In this document: in pieces, positions 17,303 through 25,589 of the stretch
How the letters are laid out: the number at the start of each line of letters is the position of its first letter
Position numbering within the stretch: the stretch's first letter is position 1
Virus record (IMG/VR): IMGVR_UViG_3300009614_000107
Reading direction: 5' to 3' (one strand)
Length of the DNA stretch: 28,484 nucleotides
DNA from: a virus
Lineage: Duplodnaviria > Heunggongvirae > Uroviricota > Caudoviricetes
Position numbers and translations under genes: made by a program
Notes under the pieces: generated by a model
Seen by the model: the letters and a program-made list of their open reading frames with translations, nothing else
What the model was told of the DNA's origin: nothing
The model's database searches: none

Positions 17303-18542
17303 CAATAAATCTCTTGTAGATGTCGCAAAAATCAAAGATGATAGGTCTAAGAAGAAAAAAGAGAAAACATCAGATCACGCTATAGATGTTCTCTCGACTC
17401 CTGGCACGACAGAATATGTTGAAAATCATAAGCCAAAAGAGGAACTAAAAACTCCAGACCAATTATTTCCGTCAAAGTACAAAAACCTAAGACCAGGGGC
17501 TAATGTTCTCGAAGAGGGTATTCAAAATTGGAATGGATTTAAAGTTCCTGTGTCTGGTGGAAAAACAGCAGAGTTCTTCAATCTGATTGAGAGCAGGAGA
17601 AAGAAAAACCAGTCGTGTATGATTATTATCACTGGTGATCCAGGTGGCGGTAAAACTTACGCTGCCCTCAGACTTGGAGAAATTTTCGACTCTCGATTTA
17701 ATGTTGAAGTTACTCCATACGATGAGCCTGGAAGATCACAGGTTACTTTCGGCAGAAAGCAACTTATGCACTTAATCGGAAATGACACTCCACTACAGAG
17801 AGAGCAAGTGATAGTCATAGATGAAGCTCAGTTTGCTATGGGTTCAAGACGCTGGTACGAAGATGTACAGAAAGACCTGATAGAGCAGATTGAAGCTGTA
17901 CGTTCCAGAGGCTTTGTGATAATTATTGTTTCGCTACACCTAAACCTTCTGGACAATATTATCAGACGTTACGTCCTAACCTTTATGATTCATATGGAGG
18001 ATAGAGGACGTGGAGTCGTTTACAGACTTTATACTCCCAGATTCGAATCTGAGATGAGGAAGAAGAGGCTTGGTTCCATTCAGTTGAATTTGCCGAACTA
18101 TGAGTACTGTAAACACCCAGACTGTTTGAGATGCCCATACCTCTATCCAGAGGATCCCAAAAAAGAGTGCATTCTTTTGAGAGCAACCTATGAGAGAAGC
18201 AAGAAGGCTTTCATCGGTAACAAGAACATAGAGAAAGAGGCACAACACGAAGCAAGGGAGAGAAAGAGAAGCGGTGCTCCACCAGTGGCAAGGCAACTAG
18301 AGAAGGCAACAGCCAAGATTACACAGGATATTGAGAAGGTTGCCCAGAGAGAAACCGCAGAGGCAGAGATAGCCAACAAAATTATAGATCATCAGGACGA
18401 ATTAAGGGTGGACGAGCGTTCTGGAGCCTACGAAGCCAGTTCAGCCCAGGAAATCCTGAACAAGTACTATAGTCTTGTAATCAGTCGTGAGAGAACGAAG
18501 AGAATCCTCAAAATAATTCAAAAAAGGCTAAAATCTCGTTAA
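17292..18542 (+). CDS. P-loop ATPase (Zot/AAA-like; putative packaging or assembly ATPase)
   Basis: Walker A IIITGDPGGGKT, Walker B VIVIDEAQ, Cys cluster CKHPDCLRC; likely start ATG 17292 (track start 17277). Confidence 0.85.
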   Translation: MSRSNKSLVDVAKIKDDRSKKKKEKTSDHAIDVLSTPGTTEYVENHKPKEELKTPDQLFPSKYKNLRPGANVLEEGIQNWNGFKVPVSGGKTAEFFNLIESRRKKNQSCMIIITGDPGGGKTYAALRLGEIFDSRFNVEVTPYDEPGRSQVTFGRKQLMHLIGNDTPLQREQVIVIDEAQFAMGSRRWYEDVQKDLIEQIEAVRSRGFVIIIVSLHLNLLDNIIRRYVLTFMIHMEDRGRGVVYRLYTPRFESEMRKKRLGSIQLNLPNYEYCKHPDCLRCPYLYPEDPKKECILLRATYERSKKAFIGNKNIEKEAQHEARERKRSGAPPVARQLEKATAKITQDIEKVAQRETAEAEIANKIIDHQDELRVDERSGAYEASSAQEILNKYYSLVISRERTKRILKIIQKRLKSR

Positions 18543-18544
18543 AA

Positions 18545-18800
18545 TACGAAATTTCCAGCCCTAATTTTTGGCATCCCCCTGTCACGGAAAGCTAAGTTTG
18601 GCTATTAATGATCCGTAACCCCCAGAGCCCCTAGGGGCGATTTTCGGCAGACTATTTGGCGCAATAAAAGTTTATATTTTATTGGGGGGGTATATAGGGT
18701 GGGGGCATCCCCCCAGGGCGAATAAAATTAAATATACTTCCGTTGGGGAAACGGGGCAGAAATAAAAGAGATCGGGATCTAGGGTGTATGGGCATAGAAC
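18545..18800. other. Non-coding G/C-run and palindrome-rich region (candidate origin or packaging signal)
   Basis: GGCATCCCCC at 18570 and 18704, palindrome GCCCCTAGGGGC at 18627-18638, inverted repeat CAATAAAA/TTTTATTG near 18662-18684, long G runs; function inferred. Confidence 0.35.
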
Positions 18801-18840
18801 AAAGTTATAGTACCAGAGAACAATGTTGTAGGTGTTGGAA

Positions 18841-19005
18841 ATGACGAAAGGAGTAGCATTGGGAAAGTATGACTGCCAACTGTGTGAGCATTATGGCGGT
18901 TCCTGTGAGAATACGTACAATAATCCAGGCACTGTGATCTTCTGTAAAAAGCAAAGATGCCTCATAAAGAGGCGATCCAGTCCTATGAAGGGGTGGCGTT
19001 CATAA
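18841..19005 (+). CDS. Small Cys-rich protein (54 aa)
   Basis: Manual ORF MTKGVALGKYDCQLCEHYGGSC...; overlaps the next ORF. Confidence 0.35.
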   Translation: MTKGVALGKYDCQLCEHYGGSCENTYNNPGTVIFCKKQRCLIKRRSSPMKGWRS

Positions 19006-19382
19006 ACAATTATATTCCAGAGACACAGTATATCATCTTAGACGGTTCTTTGAGGAAAACGAAGCCAGAAGCTACTTTAGAGGCATCTTTTGAGAGGTTT
19101 GGGATACCCTACACGCCTCAGAAATCTATTGCAGGGACTGTATTGGTGGATATCTTCTTGGAACCAAACATTTGTGTCTTTGTTGATGGGGATTACTGGC
19201 ATAACTATCCTTTGGGTTTGGACAAGGACAAGCGTCAAACGGAGTTATTGGAGTCTTGGGGCTATAAAGTATTCAGATTCTGGGAGCACGATATATTAAA
19301 TAATCCAGATTTAATTACCCAGAAATTAATTGAGGAAAATAATATTAAAATAAATAATAACTTGGAGGAGTATTTTAATTGA
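18957..19382 (+). CDS. Vsr/DUF559-like PD-(D/E)xK endonuclease
   Basis: VDIFL...VFVDGDYWH...DK....LESWGYKVFRFWEHDI. Confidence 0.85.
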   Translation: MPHKEAIQSYEGVAFINNYIPETQYIILDGSLRKTKPEATLEASFERFGIPYTPQKSIAGTVLVDIFLEPNICVFVDGDYWHNYPLGLDKDKRQTELLESWGYKVFRFWEHDILNNPDLITQKLIEENNIKINNNLEEYFN

Positions 19383-20089
19383 ATATTCGGGGAACTAGTT
19401 TATTGGTTATTGCTATAGTATTTTCTTTGACAACTACTGTTATTAGCCAAAGCCTTGGTACACCAGGAATTATTGGTTTATTCTGGGGTATATTGCCTAA
19501 GAAAGAATTCAGGATATTATTTTTGTTAAATTTAATATCCTTGGGTTGGGGATTAATTGTTATGCAAAATTTCCTGTCCAGTACATATTCTGGAATGAAT
19601 ATTCAAAATATATCTGGGTCAACAAATAATAATTATTTGCCAGATAATACTCAGTCAGGAAATATTCAAGTTAGTAGCAGTGGTATTTCTGCCACAATTG
19701 AGAATATTATATTGGGAATTATTAAATTGCCTCAGACTGTAAAAAATATATTCCCAACGAGTATTAATTATATTGGTGAATTTATTGGGGCTGGATTATA
19801 TTCTGCTTTAGTATTTTTCGGTTTATTCGCTGTGGTGGCTGGATTATTTATTAGCCTAGCAATTTCTATTATTTATATTTCCAATTATTATTTATTGAGG
19901 AGTTTATTATATCCATATTTACCAAATATTGTTACAGTATCTAATGGGCAATATCCTATGGAATACGGAAATATTATGGCCACGACTGGACTGTCACTCT
20001 ACGTAATATATTTCCTAGGATCAATTGTTTTGACACATTTGCTGTTAAAGAGGATAGGCTTTTACAGTAGGGTACGTGGTTTAGTGTGA
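19379..20089 (+). CDS. Multi-pass membrane protein
   Basis: 236 aa, several hydrophobic segments, very AT-rich codons. Confidence 0.65.
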   Translation: MNIRGTSLLVIAIVFSLTTTVISQSLGTPGIIGLFWGILPKKEFRILFLLNLISLGWGLIVMQNFLSSTYSGMNIQNISGSTNNNYLPDNTQSGNIQVSSSGISATIENIILGIIKLPQTVKNIFPTSINYIGEFIGAGLYSALVFFGLFAVVAGLFISLAISIIYISNYYLLRSLLYPYLPNIVTVSNGQYPMEYGNIMATTGLSLYVIYFLGSIVLTHLLLKRIGFYSRVRGLV

Positions 20090-20184
20090 GCGAAAGAGAA
20101 GGTTGTGTGATATGAGCTTTGATAATTATATACTGTGGGGCAAGAGCGAAGTTTCGCTTTTCGCTCTTATCGATTTTCGCTCTT
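20088..20184. repeat. GAGCGAA/TTCGCTC motif cluster upstream of the recombinase
   Basis: GAGCGAAA 20088, AAGAGCGAA 20142, TTTCGCT 20152, TTTTCGCTCTT 20158 and 20174. Confidence 0.55.
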
Positions 20185-20202
20185 CATCAAAGGTGATATG
20201 GT

Positions 20203-21060
20203 ATGGGTGTTAGACAAGGCGGTTGGGCTCCACGTCAGCCTCTATTGAGTAAAGACGTTTTGAACGCATTGAAGGAAGATCTCATTCCATTGTGGGATGA
20301 GGGATTGAGTGCAGAAGAAATAGCAGACAGACTGGAGTTCGGTAAGTACCCATATGAAGATTTGAAAACTTATCACGTTTGGTACTATAGAAAACAATTT
20401 GGTTGTCAGAAAAGAAAGGGTGGAATTGAGAAAGGAAAGCCACGTTATAATGTCAAGCCTGATGTTATTGAACCACCAACCATTCAGGAAATTGAAGCCA
20501 AATTGAATGAAGTCTATCCACTATTGAAAAACAATGCTGGTGCAACTGACCTCAACACATTGATGGTTAGAGCATACATCTGGTTGCACAGATACAGTCC
20601 ACTGAGAAAAAGTGAGATATATGAGAGGGAACTAGGTGACTTCTACATTGATGAGAAAGCAAAAATACTAACACTTCAGAACTTTATCAGGAAAAAGAAA
20701 TTAAAGGGTAAAGCAAAAGAAGCACCTTTCCTTATCCCCTTGGATTATCCACACGTGATGGATGAAATTGTCACCTATCTTGTAAGAAGGATTGAACGTA
20801 CACAGGATTCGAGTGCCAAGGCATTTCCAATGTCGGGTTGGGTTGCCTGGAACAGAATGAAGAAAGCCTTCCCAGATATGTACCCACACTACTGGAGATT
20901 CAAATATATCACAGAGTCTGCCAGTGACCCAAACGTCCCTATTGAAGATTTACTAGCAGATACTGATCTAAATTTACTGACTTTGAGGCGTTATATGATG
21001 ACGGGTGAAAGACAACGTTTGGCTTCATTACAGAGAAGGAAACAGAGAGAACTTGTTTAA
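20203..21060 (+). CDS. Tyrosine recombinase/integrase with N-terminal HTH
   Basis: Catalytic pattern R (PLRKSEI), K, HxxR (PHYWR), Y (TLRRY); N-terminal GLSAEEIADRL; GGTGA RBS. Confidence 0.8.
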   Translation: MGVRQGGWAPRQPLLSKDVLNALKEDLIPLWDEGLSAEEIADRLEFGKYPYEDLKTYHVWYYRKQFGCQKRKGGIEKGKPRYNVKPDVIEPPTIQEIEAKLNEVYPLLKNNAGATDLNTLMVRAYIWLHRYSPLRKSEIYERELGDFYIDEKAKILTLQNFIRKKKLKGKAKEAPFLIPLDYPHVMDEIVTYLVRRIERTQDSSAKAFPMSGWVAWNRMKKAFPDMYPHYWRFKYITESASDPNVPIEDLLADTDLNLLTLRRYMMTGERQRLASLQRRKQRELV

Positions 21061-21140
21061 AGTTCTCTTGTTTCGCTTTAGTTCACACCACTGTACTATA
21101 CTATACTTAACTTTACTCGACTAAACAGTACTAAAGCAAT
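21039..21140 (-). ncRNA. Orphan pentamer-repeat guide-like RNA D with own promoter and 3' hairpin
   Basis: Minus strand TTGCT-(NN-AGT-type)x11 (21080-21134)-AAAGC; hairpin 21039-21053 / 21061-21074 spanning the recombinase stop; promoter AATATTTATAA at 21161-21171. Confidence 0.8.
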
Positions 21141-21160
21141 ATTGAAAATGCTCTAGTGAG

Positions 21161-21171
21161 TTATAAATATT
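21161..21171 (-). promoter_or_regulatory. AATATTTATAA promoter of guide-like RNA D
   Basis: Same motif about 22 nt upstream of the TTGCT leader. Confidence 0.75.
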
Positions 21172-21177
21172 AGTATT

Positions 21178-21543
21178 TTATCCCCACACGTCTACTATTT
21201 TTCTTCCAACTCTATCCATAAAGCCATAACACTTTGGCTTTGGACACTGTTTGAATTGTAGTTTTTCATCTGTAGTGGTGTAACCGCAGCGATTGCATTT
21301 GTACTTTACTTTTGTTTCATTTTTCCAGACTTTACCGTCTGGTGTTGTAATCTCTTGGATTCTATTTTTGTTGATATGACCTCTTACATTTGGACTATCA
21401 ATTTTGATATAGCTTTCCCATCCATCCGAGCTCGGAACTACAATGCCTTCACTGTGATGCCTTGTGGTTGTCGAGAGGTGGACTATCTTTATCTTTTGAC
21501 CCATATAGTTTTTCTTAATTTCATCAAGTGTTGTCTGATTCAT
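21178..21543 (-). CDS. Hypothetical protein with C-terminal Zn ribbon
   Basis: CNRCG...CPKPKC. Confidence 0.7.
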   Translation of the reverse strand: MNQTTLDEIKKNYMGQKIKIVHLSTTTRHHSEGIVVPSSDGWESYIKIDSPNVRGHINKNRIQEITTPDGKVWKNETKVKYKCNRCGYTTTDEKLQFKQCPKPKCYGFMDRVGRKIVDVWG

Positions 21544-21551
21544 AAAAACAC

Positions 21552-22907
21552 CTAAGTCTGTTTCTCAGAGGCGTAGACTGTGCCTTTGGCTGTTAGCTTC
21601 CATCTAGCGTGACCACCTTCGTCAACTTTTGAAATATAGCCTTCGTCTGTGTACTGGTTGAGCCTTCTGGCCAATGTTGCAGATGGAATTCCTGTCTTTG
21701 ACTGTAGATCATTGAATGAGTAGGAATGCTCCATTAGCCTTCCGAAGATCAGTGAATCTCCAATTCTTGGTCTTTTTACTGGTGGAACAATTGTGCTATC
21801 CATAGCCTCATTAACCCAACTTCTATTAATTGATTCATATCTTCGTCTTGAGTTCTGCTGTGTTCCGAGTGTGCCAAACATATCCCTGTAGATATCTGAT
21901 ATTGGGGATATTGGCTGACCCATCTCAGGTGCTGGATATTTCTCATCTCTTCGAGTGATCACGATGTGGATACAGTCTTTGTTGAGGTTTGTGTACTCAC
22001 AGGTGACTAACTTTGTGTTTATAGCGTGTGTTCCATCTTCTAGGTGGAAGATTGACTCGTTGAGTTCCTTCAGGAAGGAACGTATCTTGTCCTTGACCGC
22101 TTCCATATTGATTGTGAAGAGATCGGCTACAGCATCGTCTTGGTGGAAGATTTCCGAGAAGGATTTGACTACCTCTTTGCCCAGTGCTTTCCAGCTCTCT
22201 GGGGAATCAAAGAGTTCAAGTCCCTGTACACCGTCTACATTGATTATGGCTACACCTACCTGATCCTCATAGTCTGGGACTTTGGATAGGGCATCCATTA
22301 TTTTGTCACTGAAGTCTGTTCGGTTCTTTGAGTTGACATCTAGGGTTGCTGCAAGATCAGGATCCTGAGACATACTTGCGTGAGCAACAACAGAGTCAAA
22401 TCCACGATCCATTAGTCTGCTTGCTGACTTCATACTGTAGCTTTGAACCTCTCCCCAGACTCTATGCTGGTCACGAGATTGCAGGGCTGAGTAGACTTTC
22501 TGTGGTGCTAGGTCATTCATTATCTTGAATCCACCACCTGAGACTATGCCTCTGTGTGCGTGAACACACTTGACTTCGATGGGTTCACCGTTTGCCTGTG
22601 GAAGGATTATGACTCCTTGAACTACAGCACGATCCTGACCTGACATACCCTTGAACACTGTTCCTCCACGAATAAAGACTGAGGAACCAGATTTGTTGTC
22701 CACTTTGAGTTTGTCAATCTGACCTGTGTCCGTGATTTTTACTTTGTCCTTGTCCTCTGAGGCAAGGATATAACTGCGTTTTGGAGGTGCATTGCACCTA
22801 ACTGGGACTAATATGGTTAGCCCCTTTTCACCCAATCTCCAGGGATCGCCTAAGTAATAGGTTCCGTTCAGAGACTGGATGCTTTCGATTACTTTATTGA
22901 AGAGCAA
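21552..22907 (-). CDS. ARPP-1 (DUF6569)-like domain protein with C-terminal winged HTH
   Basis: LKVDNKS...VFIRGG.VFKG...QDR...IEVKCV...QHRVW...QVGVAI...LELFDSP matches my recollection of ARPP-1; C-terminal SFNDLQSKTGIPSATLARRL...GYI...WKLTAKG wHTH. Confidence 0.7.
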   Translation of the reverse strand: MLFNKVIESIQSLNGTYYLGDPWRLGEKGLTILVPVRCNAPPKRSYILASEDKDKVKITDTGQIDKLKVDNKSGSSVFIRGGTVFKGMSGQDRAVVQGVIILPQANGEPIEVKCVHAHRGIVSGGGFKIMNDLAPQKVYSALQSRDQHRVWGEVQSYSMKSASRLMDRGFDSVVAHASMSQDPDLAATLDVNSKNRTDFSDKIMDALSKVPDYEDQVGVAIINVDGVQGLELFDSPESWKALGKEVVKSFSEIFHQDDAVADLFTINMEAVKDKIRSFLKELNESIFHLEDGTHAINTKLVTCEYTNLNKDCIHIVITRRDEKYPAPEMGQPISPISDIYRDMFGTLGTQQNSRRRYESINRSWVNEAMDSTIVPPVKRPRIGDSLIFGRLMEHSYSFNDLQSKTGIPSATLARRLNQYTDEGYISKVDEGGHARWKLTAKGTVYASEKQT

Positions 22908-22970
22908 CTATCAACACTCTCAAGAGTATTGAGAGTGAAGATGTGCTTATAAACATTTGCCGTTTTTTGG

Positions 22971-23171
22971 CTATCCGATGAAAGAAATCCAGTTTCCACC
23001 GTCCACTAGATCGGGACTGGCTGGGGTATCATCTGATGTGCTGTTGTTATGTATTGTAGTGGAATTAGATGGTTCGGGTATAGTAAATGTAGTGACTATA
23101 GCAATGCCAACACTCAGCATAATACCCATAATGAGAAGGCTGAGTATTAGTTCCTTTTTAGCCTGTTTCAT
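22971..23171 (-). CDS. Small membrane-anchored protein
   Basis: ORF 22971-23234; likely start MKQAKK at 23171; TM plus Ser/Thr/Asn-rich tail with sequons. Confidence 0.55.
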   Translation of the reverse strand: MKQAKKELILSLLIMGIMLSVGIAIVTTFTIPEPSNSTTIHNNSTSDDTPASPDLVDGGNWISFIG

Positions 23172-23343
23172 TATCTGAATATCCCCAAGCATAACCAACA
23201 GGTAATATATTACCAGCACATAAAAATACCACATTATAGTTATAAAATGGTGTGAGTATCAATACAAACCCGATAAAATTTAAAACTAACCAATAGATAA
23301 AAAATGGCTTTTTTGTGAATGACTTGATTTCCTGTTTGTTCAT
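23158..23343 (-). CDS. Small membrane protein
   Basis: ORF track; hydrophobic. Confidence 0.5.
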   Translation of the reverse strand: MNKQEIKSFTKKPFFIYWLVLNFIGFVLILTPFYNYNVVFLCAGNILPVGYAWGYSDNETG

Positions 23344-23383
23344 TCTTTAAACCTTCTATTTTTTTTGGTTCACTAATTGCATA

Positions 23384-23503
23384 TTAACTGTAACGTCTTG
23401 CTTTTCTGCTTGGCTTCATTGCTTCACGGAGAATATCATCAAATTTCTCATACTTATTTGGCTCTCTGTAGCCGTCCTTCTTTTTCTCGGTGTTTGGCTT
23501 CAT
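23384..23503 (-). CDS. Small basic protein (39 aa)
   Basis: MKPNTEKKKDG...; true start lies downstream of the promoter at 23534-23545. Confidence 0.5.
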   Translation of the reverse strand: MKPNTEKKKDGYREPNKYEKFDDILREAMKPSRKARRYS

Positions 23504-23533
23504 ATTGCATCGAAGTAGTAGAGGTGTGATAAG

Positions 23534-23580
23534 TTTATAAATATTTACAGCTAATCTGAGTGATTGTGAATATTTATAAA
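23534..23580. promoter_or_regulatory. Divergent pair of AATATTTATAAA promoters
   Basis: tttataaatatt 23534-23545 (minus) and aatatttataaa 23569-23580 (plus), each about 30 nt from a start codon. Confidence 0.75.
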
Positions 23581-23609
23581 TCGTGAATGTGAGGTGGCTA
23601 TTGATATAG

Positions 23610-24200
23610 ATGGGATTGGAAAAGCTATTCAATGATCTACCGCACGAAGCTATGGCATTGGATTTCTTTGCTGGCACTGGGGAGAGTATGAGCAAATATT
23701 TGGACTGGTTTGATGATGCCACATATTGGGAGATTGATGAGGAAAAGGCTAAGATATTTGATAAGTTGAGGCCAGAGGCTAATATAATCATTGGGGATAG
23801 CTATGAGATGGCACTGGAGGACGAGTGGGAATATAACCTGATTTTGGTTGAGAACTATGTTGGAATATTTGGGACACACTGTGAACATTTTGATGCGCTG
23901 AATTGCATCCCCAGGTTGATCAGCGCAGAGGGTGGGTATGTGGTGTCTCAGGTTTGCACGAATCCGAAGCTGTTCCTGATTGGTCAGTTCTTCAAGGATA
24001 GATGGATGACTAGGGAATATATGAATAGATGGTTCAAACTCAGGGAGATATTCTATGGGAAGAACATTATGAGAAGAGATGAGTTGACGAGCCATTATAT
24101 TGTAACATTCAACCATCTTGGACTCAGATTAAAAGAAGTAAAGTATATGAGAAGATGTGCTGGTCTGATGGCTGTTAGATGGAAGCTAGAGTGGATCTAG
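23610..24200 (+). CDS. Class I SAM-dependent methyltransferase-like protein
   Basis: ALDFFAGTG (motif I), WEIDEEK, IIIGDSY. Confidence 0.65.
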   Translation: MGLEKLFNDLPHEAMALDFFAGTGESMSKYLDWFDDATYWEIDEEKAKIFDKLRPEANIIIGDSYEMALEDEWEYNLILVENYVGIFGTHCEHFDALNCIPRLISAEGGYVVSQVCTNPKLFLIGQFFKDRWMTREYMNRWFKLREIFYGKNIMRRDELTSHYIVTFNHLGLRLKEVKYMRRCAGLMAVRWKLEWI

Positions 24201-24202
24201 AT

Positions 24203-24634
24203 CTATATAGGGTGCTGAGATTTATCTTCAAGTTCTTTCTTTTTGGCTGTCTCTTTATTGACGTAAATCATACGGCTGTATGCAATCAGCATAGCAATAA
24301 ATGCTGCAAGTGGAGCAGATAGAATTGCTATACTATAACTTTCAAGATTTATGTAATAACTTGGAGAAAGTGCATCAACAACCATTGTGATTGCAAGACC
24401 ACATATAAAACCACCAGCCCAAGGAGATTCATTAAATTGTTTGTATAGATTCTCCCTAGTTATCCAGAGAACTCTACAGAGCATAATCATAACCATAAAT
24501 GCTGAGATGTAACTGATAATTTGTATTTGTATTGATGTTATTCCTCTATCTAGAGCAATCAATGCACCAATGAAGATCAGCATAAAAACTAACAAAAGTT
24601 TACCAAAAATCCTATCATAGGACACTGTAGCCAA
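24203..24634 (-). CDS. Four-TM membrane protein
   Basis: Hydrophobic segments; promoter at 24664-24675. Confidence 0.7.
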   Translation of the reverse strand: MATVSYDRIFGKLLLVFMLIFIGALIALDRGITSIQIQIISYISAFMVMIMLCRVLWITRENLYKQFNESPWAGGFICGLAITMVVDALSPSYYINLESYSIAILSAPLAAFIAMLIAYSRMIYVNKETAKKKELEDKSQHPI

Positions 24635-24677
24635 GTTGAATCAAGTATGGATAAGGATTAGTGTTTATAAATATTAT

Positions 24678-24998
24678 TTAAAAAAGACCTGTAAAGAGTG
24701 TATCTGGTAGAGTAAAGAAAGCTGTTTCACCTTGACCATTCACGTGAAAGTTAATTGGTATTGTGTGAAATTTCTTGTAACCCATTAGTACCGTGAAGAG
24801 CATCGGGATATCTTTTGCCTTTGATTTCTTCATTAGGATTGTGATATCAACCATTCGCCTGTCACCGACAGATTTAGACATCTGAGCGTTTGTATTGATA
24901 ATGGCTTCCATAAGGTGAATCATATCCCACTTGTCCTCAGAGTTAAGGGAAGTGATTAGATGATTCTGACTGAGCTTGAGTGCTACTTCAGATAACAT
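24678..24998 (-). CDS. Hypothetical protein
   Basis: ORF track; abuts upstream gene. Confidence 0.6.
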   Translation of the reverse strand: MLSEVALKLSQNHLITSLNSEDKWDMIHLMEAIINTNAQMSKSVGDRRMVDITILMKKSKAKDIPMLFTVLMGYKKFHTIPINFHVNGQGETAFFTLPDTLFTGLF

Positions 24999-25193
24999 CT
25001 ATGCCACCAGCCCAGCCTCTCTAAGGATGAGCTTGAGATCGTTTGCCATATCGTGATACATTTCGGCATTGTGAGATGCCATAAGTATCTTAGAGGTGCT
25101 ACCAGACTTGTAGTGGTTCCACCTTGATTCCTCTTCTTCGTACTGCACGATTCTCTGCCTGATTATAGTTTCGAGCGTGTCCATATCTGTCAA
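24999..25193 (-). CDS. Hypothetical protein
   Basis: ORF track; promoter at 25215-25226. Confidence 0.6.
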   Translation of the reverse strand: MTDMDTLETIIRQRIVQYEEEESRWNHYKSGSTSKILMASHNAEMYHDMANDLKLILREAGLVA

Positions 25194-25232
25194 AGGGGAT
25201 ATAGTATGTAGCCATTTATAAATATTGTGGAT

Positions 25233-25541
25233 TTATGGTATCTCTGTAACATTCATTATATCTGCTACATCATTGAAGTCATAACGATATGTAAATGAAT
25301 ATTTGTGACCAACTTTTAGATCAGAATGATTACCATATGCTAAAATGGTAAAATCTGTTGCTATAAATCGAATCCTAGTACATTCAAACTGAAGGAAACC
25401 ACCAGGCGTGTATGTTGTAGATGATATTGTCCCTGAAGATTCATAAATTATTGAGTATTTTGAACTAATCAAAGCATAACCAAAGAAGGCAATTATAGCA
25501 CAAACAATTATTACAGATGCTATTTCTGATTTTGCACCCAT
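25233..25541 (-). CDS. Membrane-anchored small beta-rich protein
   Basis: N-terminal TM; promoter at 25571-25582. Confidence 0.65.
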   Translation of the reverse strand: MGAKSEIASVIIVCAIIAFFGYALISSKYSIIYESSGTISSTTYTPGGFLQFECTRIRFIATDFTILAYGNHSDLKVGHKYSFTYRYDFNDVADIMNVTEIP

Positions 25542-25589
25542 TTCAGATCGTGTGTAAGTATGAGTTAGAATTTATAAATATTTGGAAAG

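Noticed and set aside
17631-17666. Own ATPase Walker A as the target of guide A
   Set aside because: Only 6/12 dinucleotides (15/24 nt) match, explained by the shared GxGKT. The guide spells an SF2-type xATGTGKT, not GxxGxGKT.
23504-23791. N-terminal extension of the 135-aa minus ORF
   Set aside because: Crosses the divergent promoters and is antisense to the methyltransferase-like gene; the real start is probably 23503.
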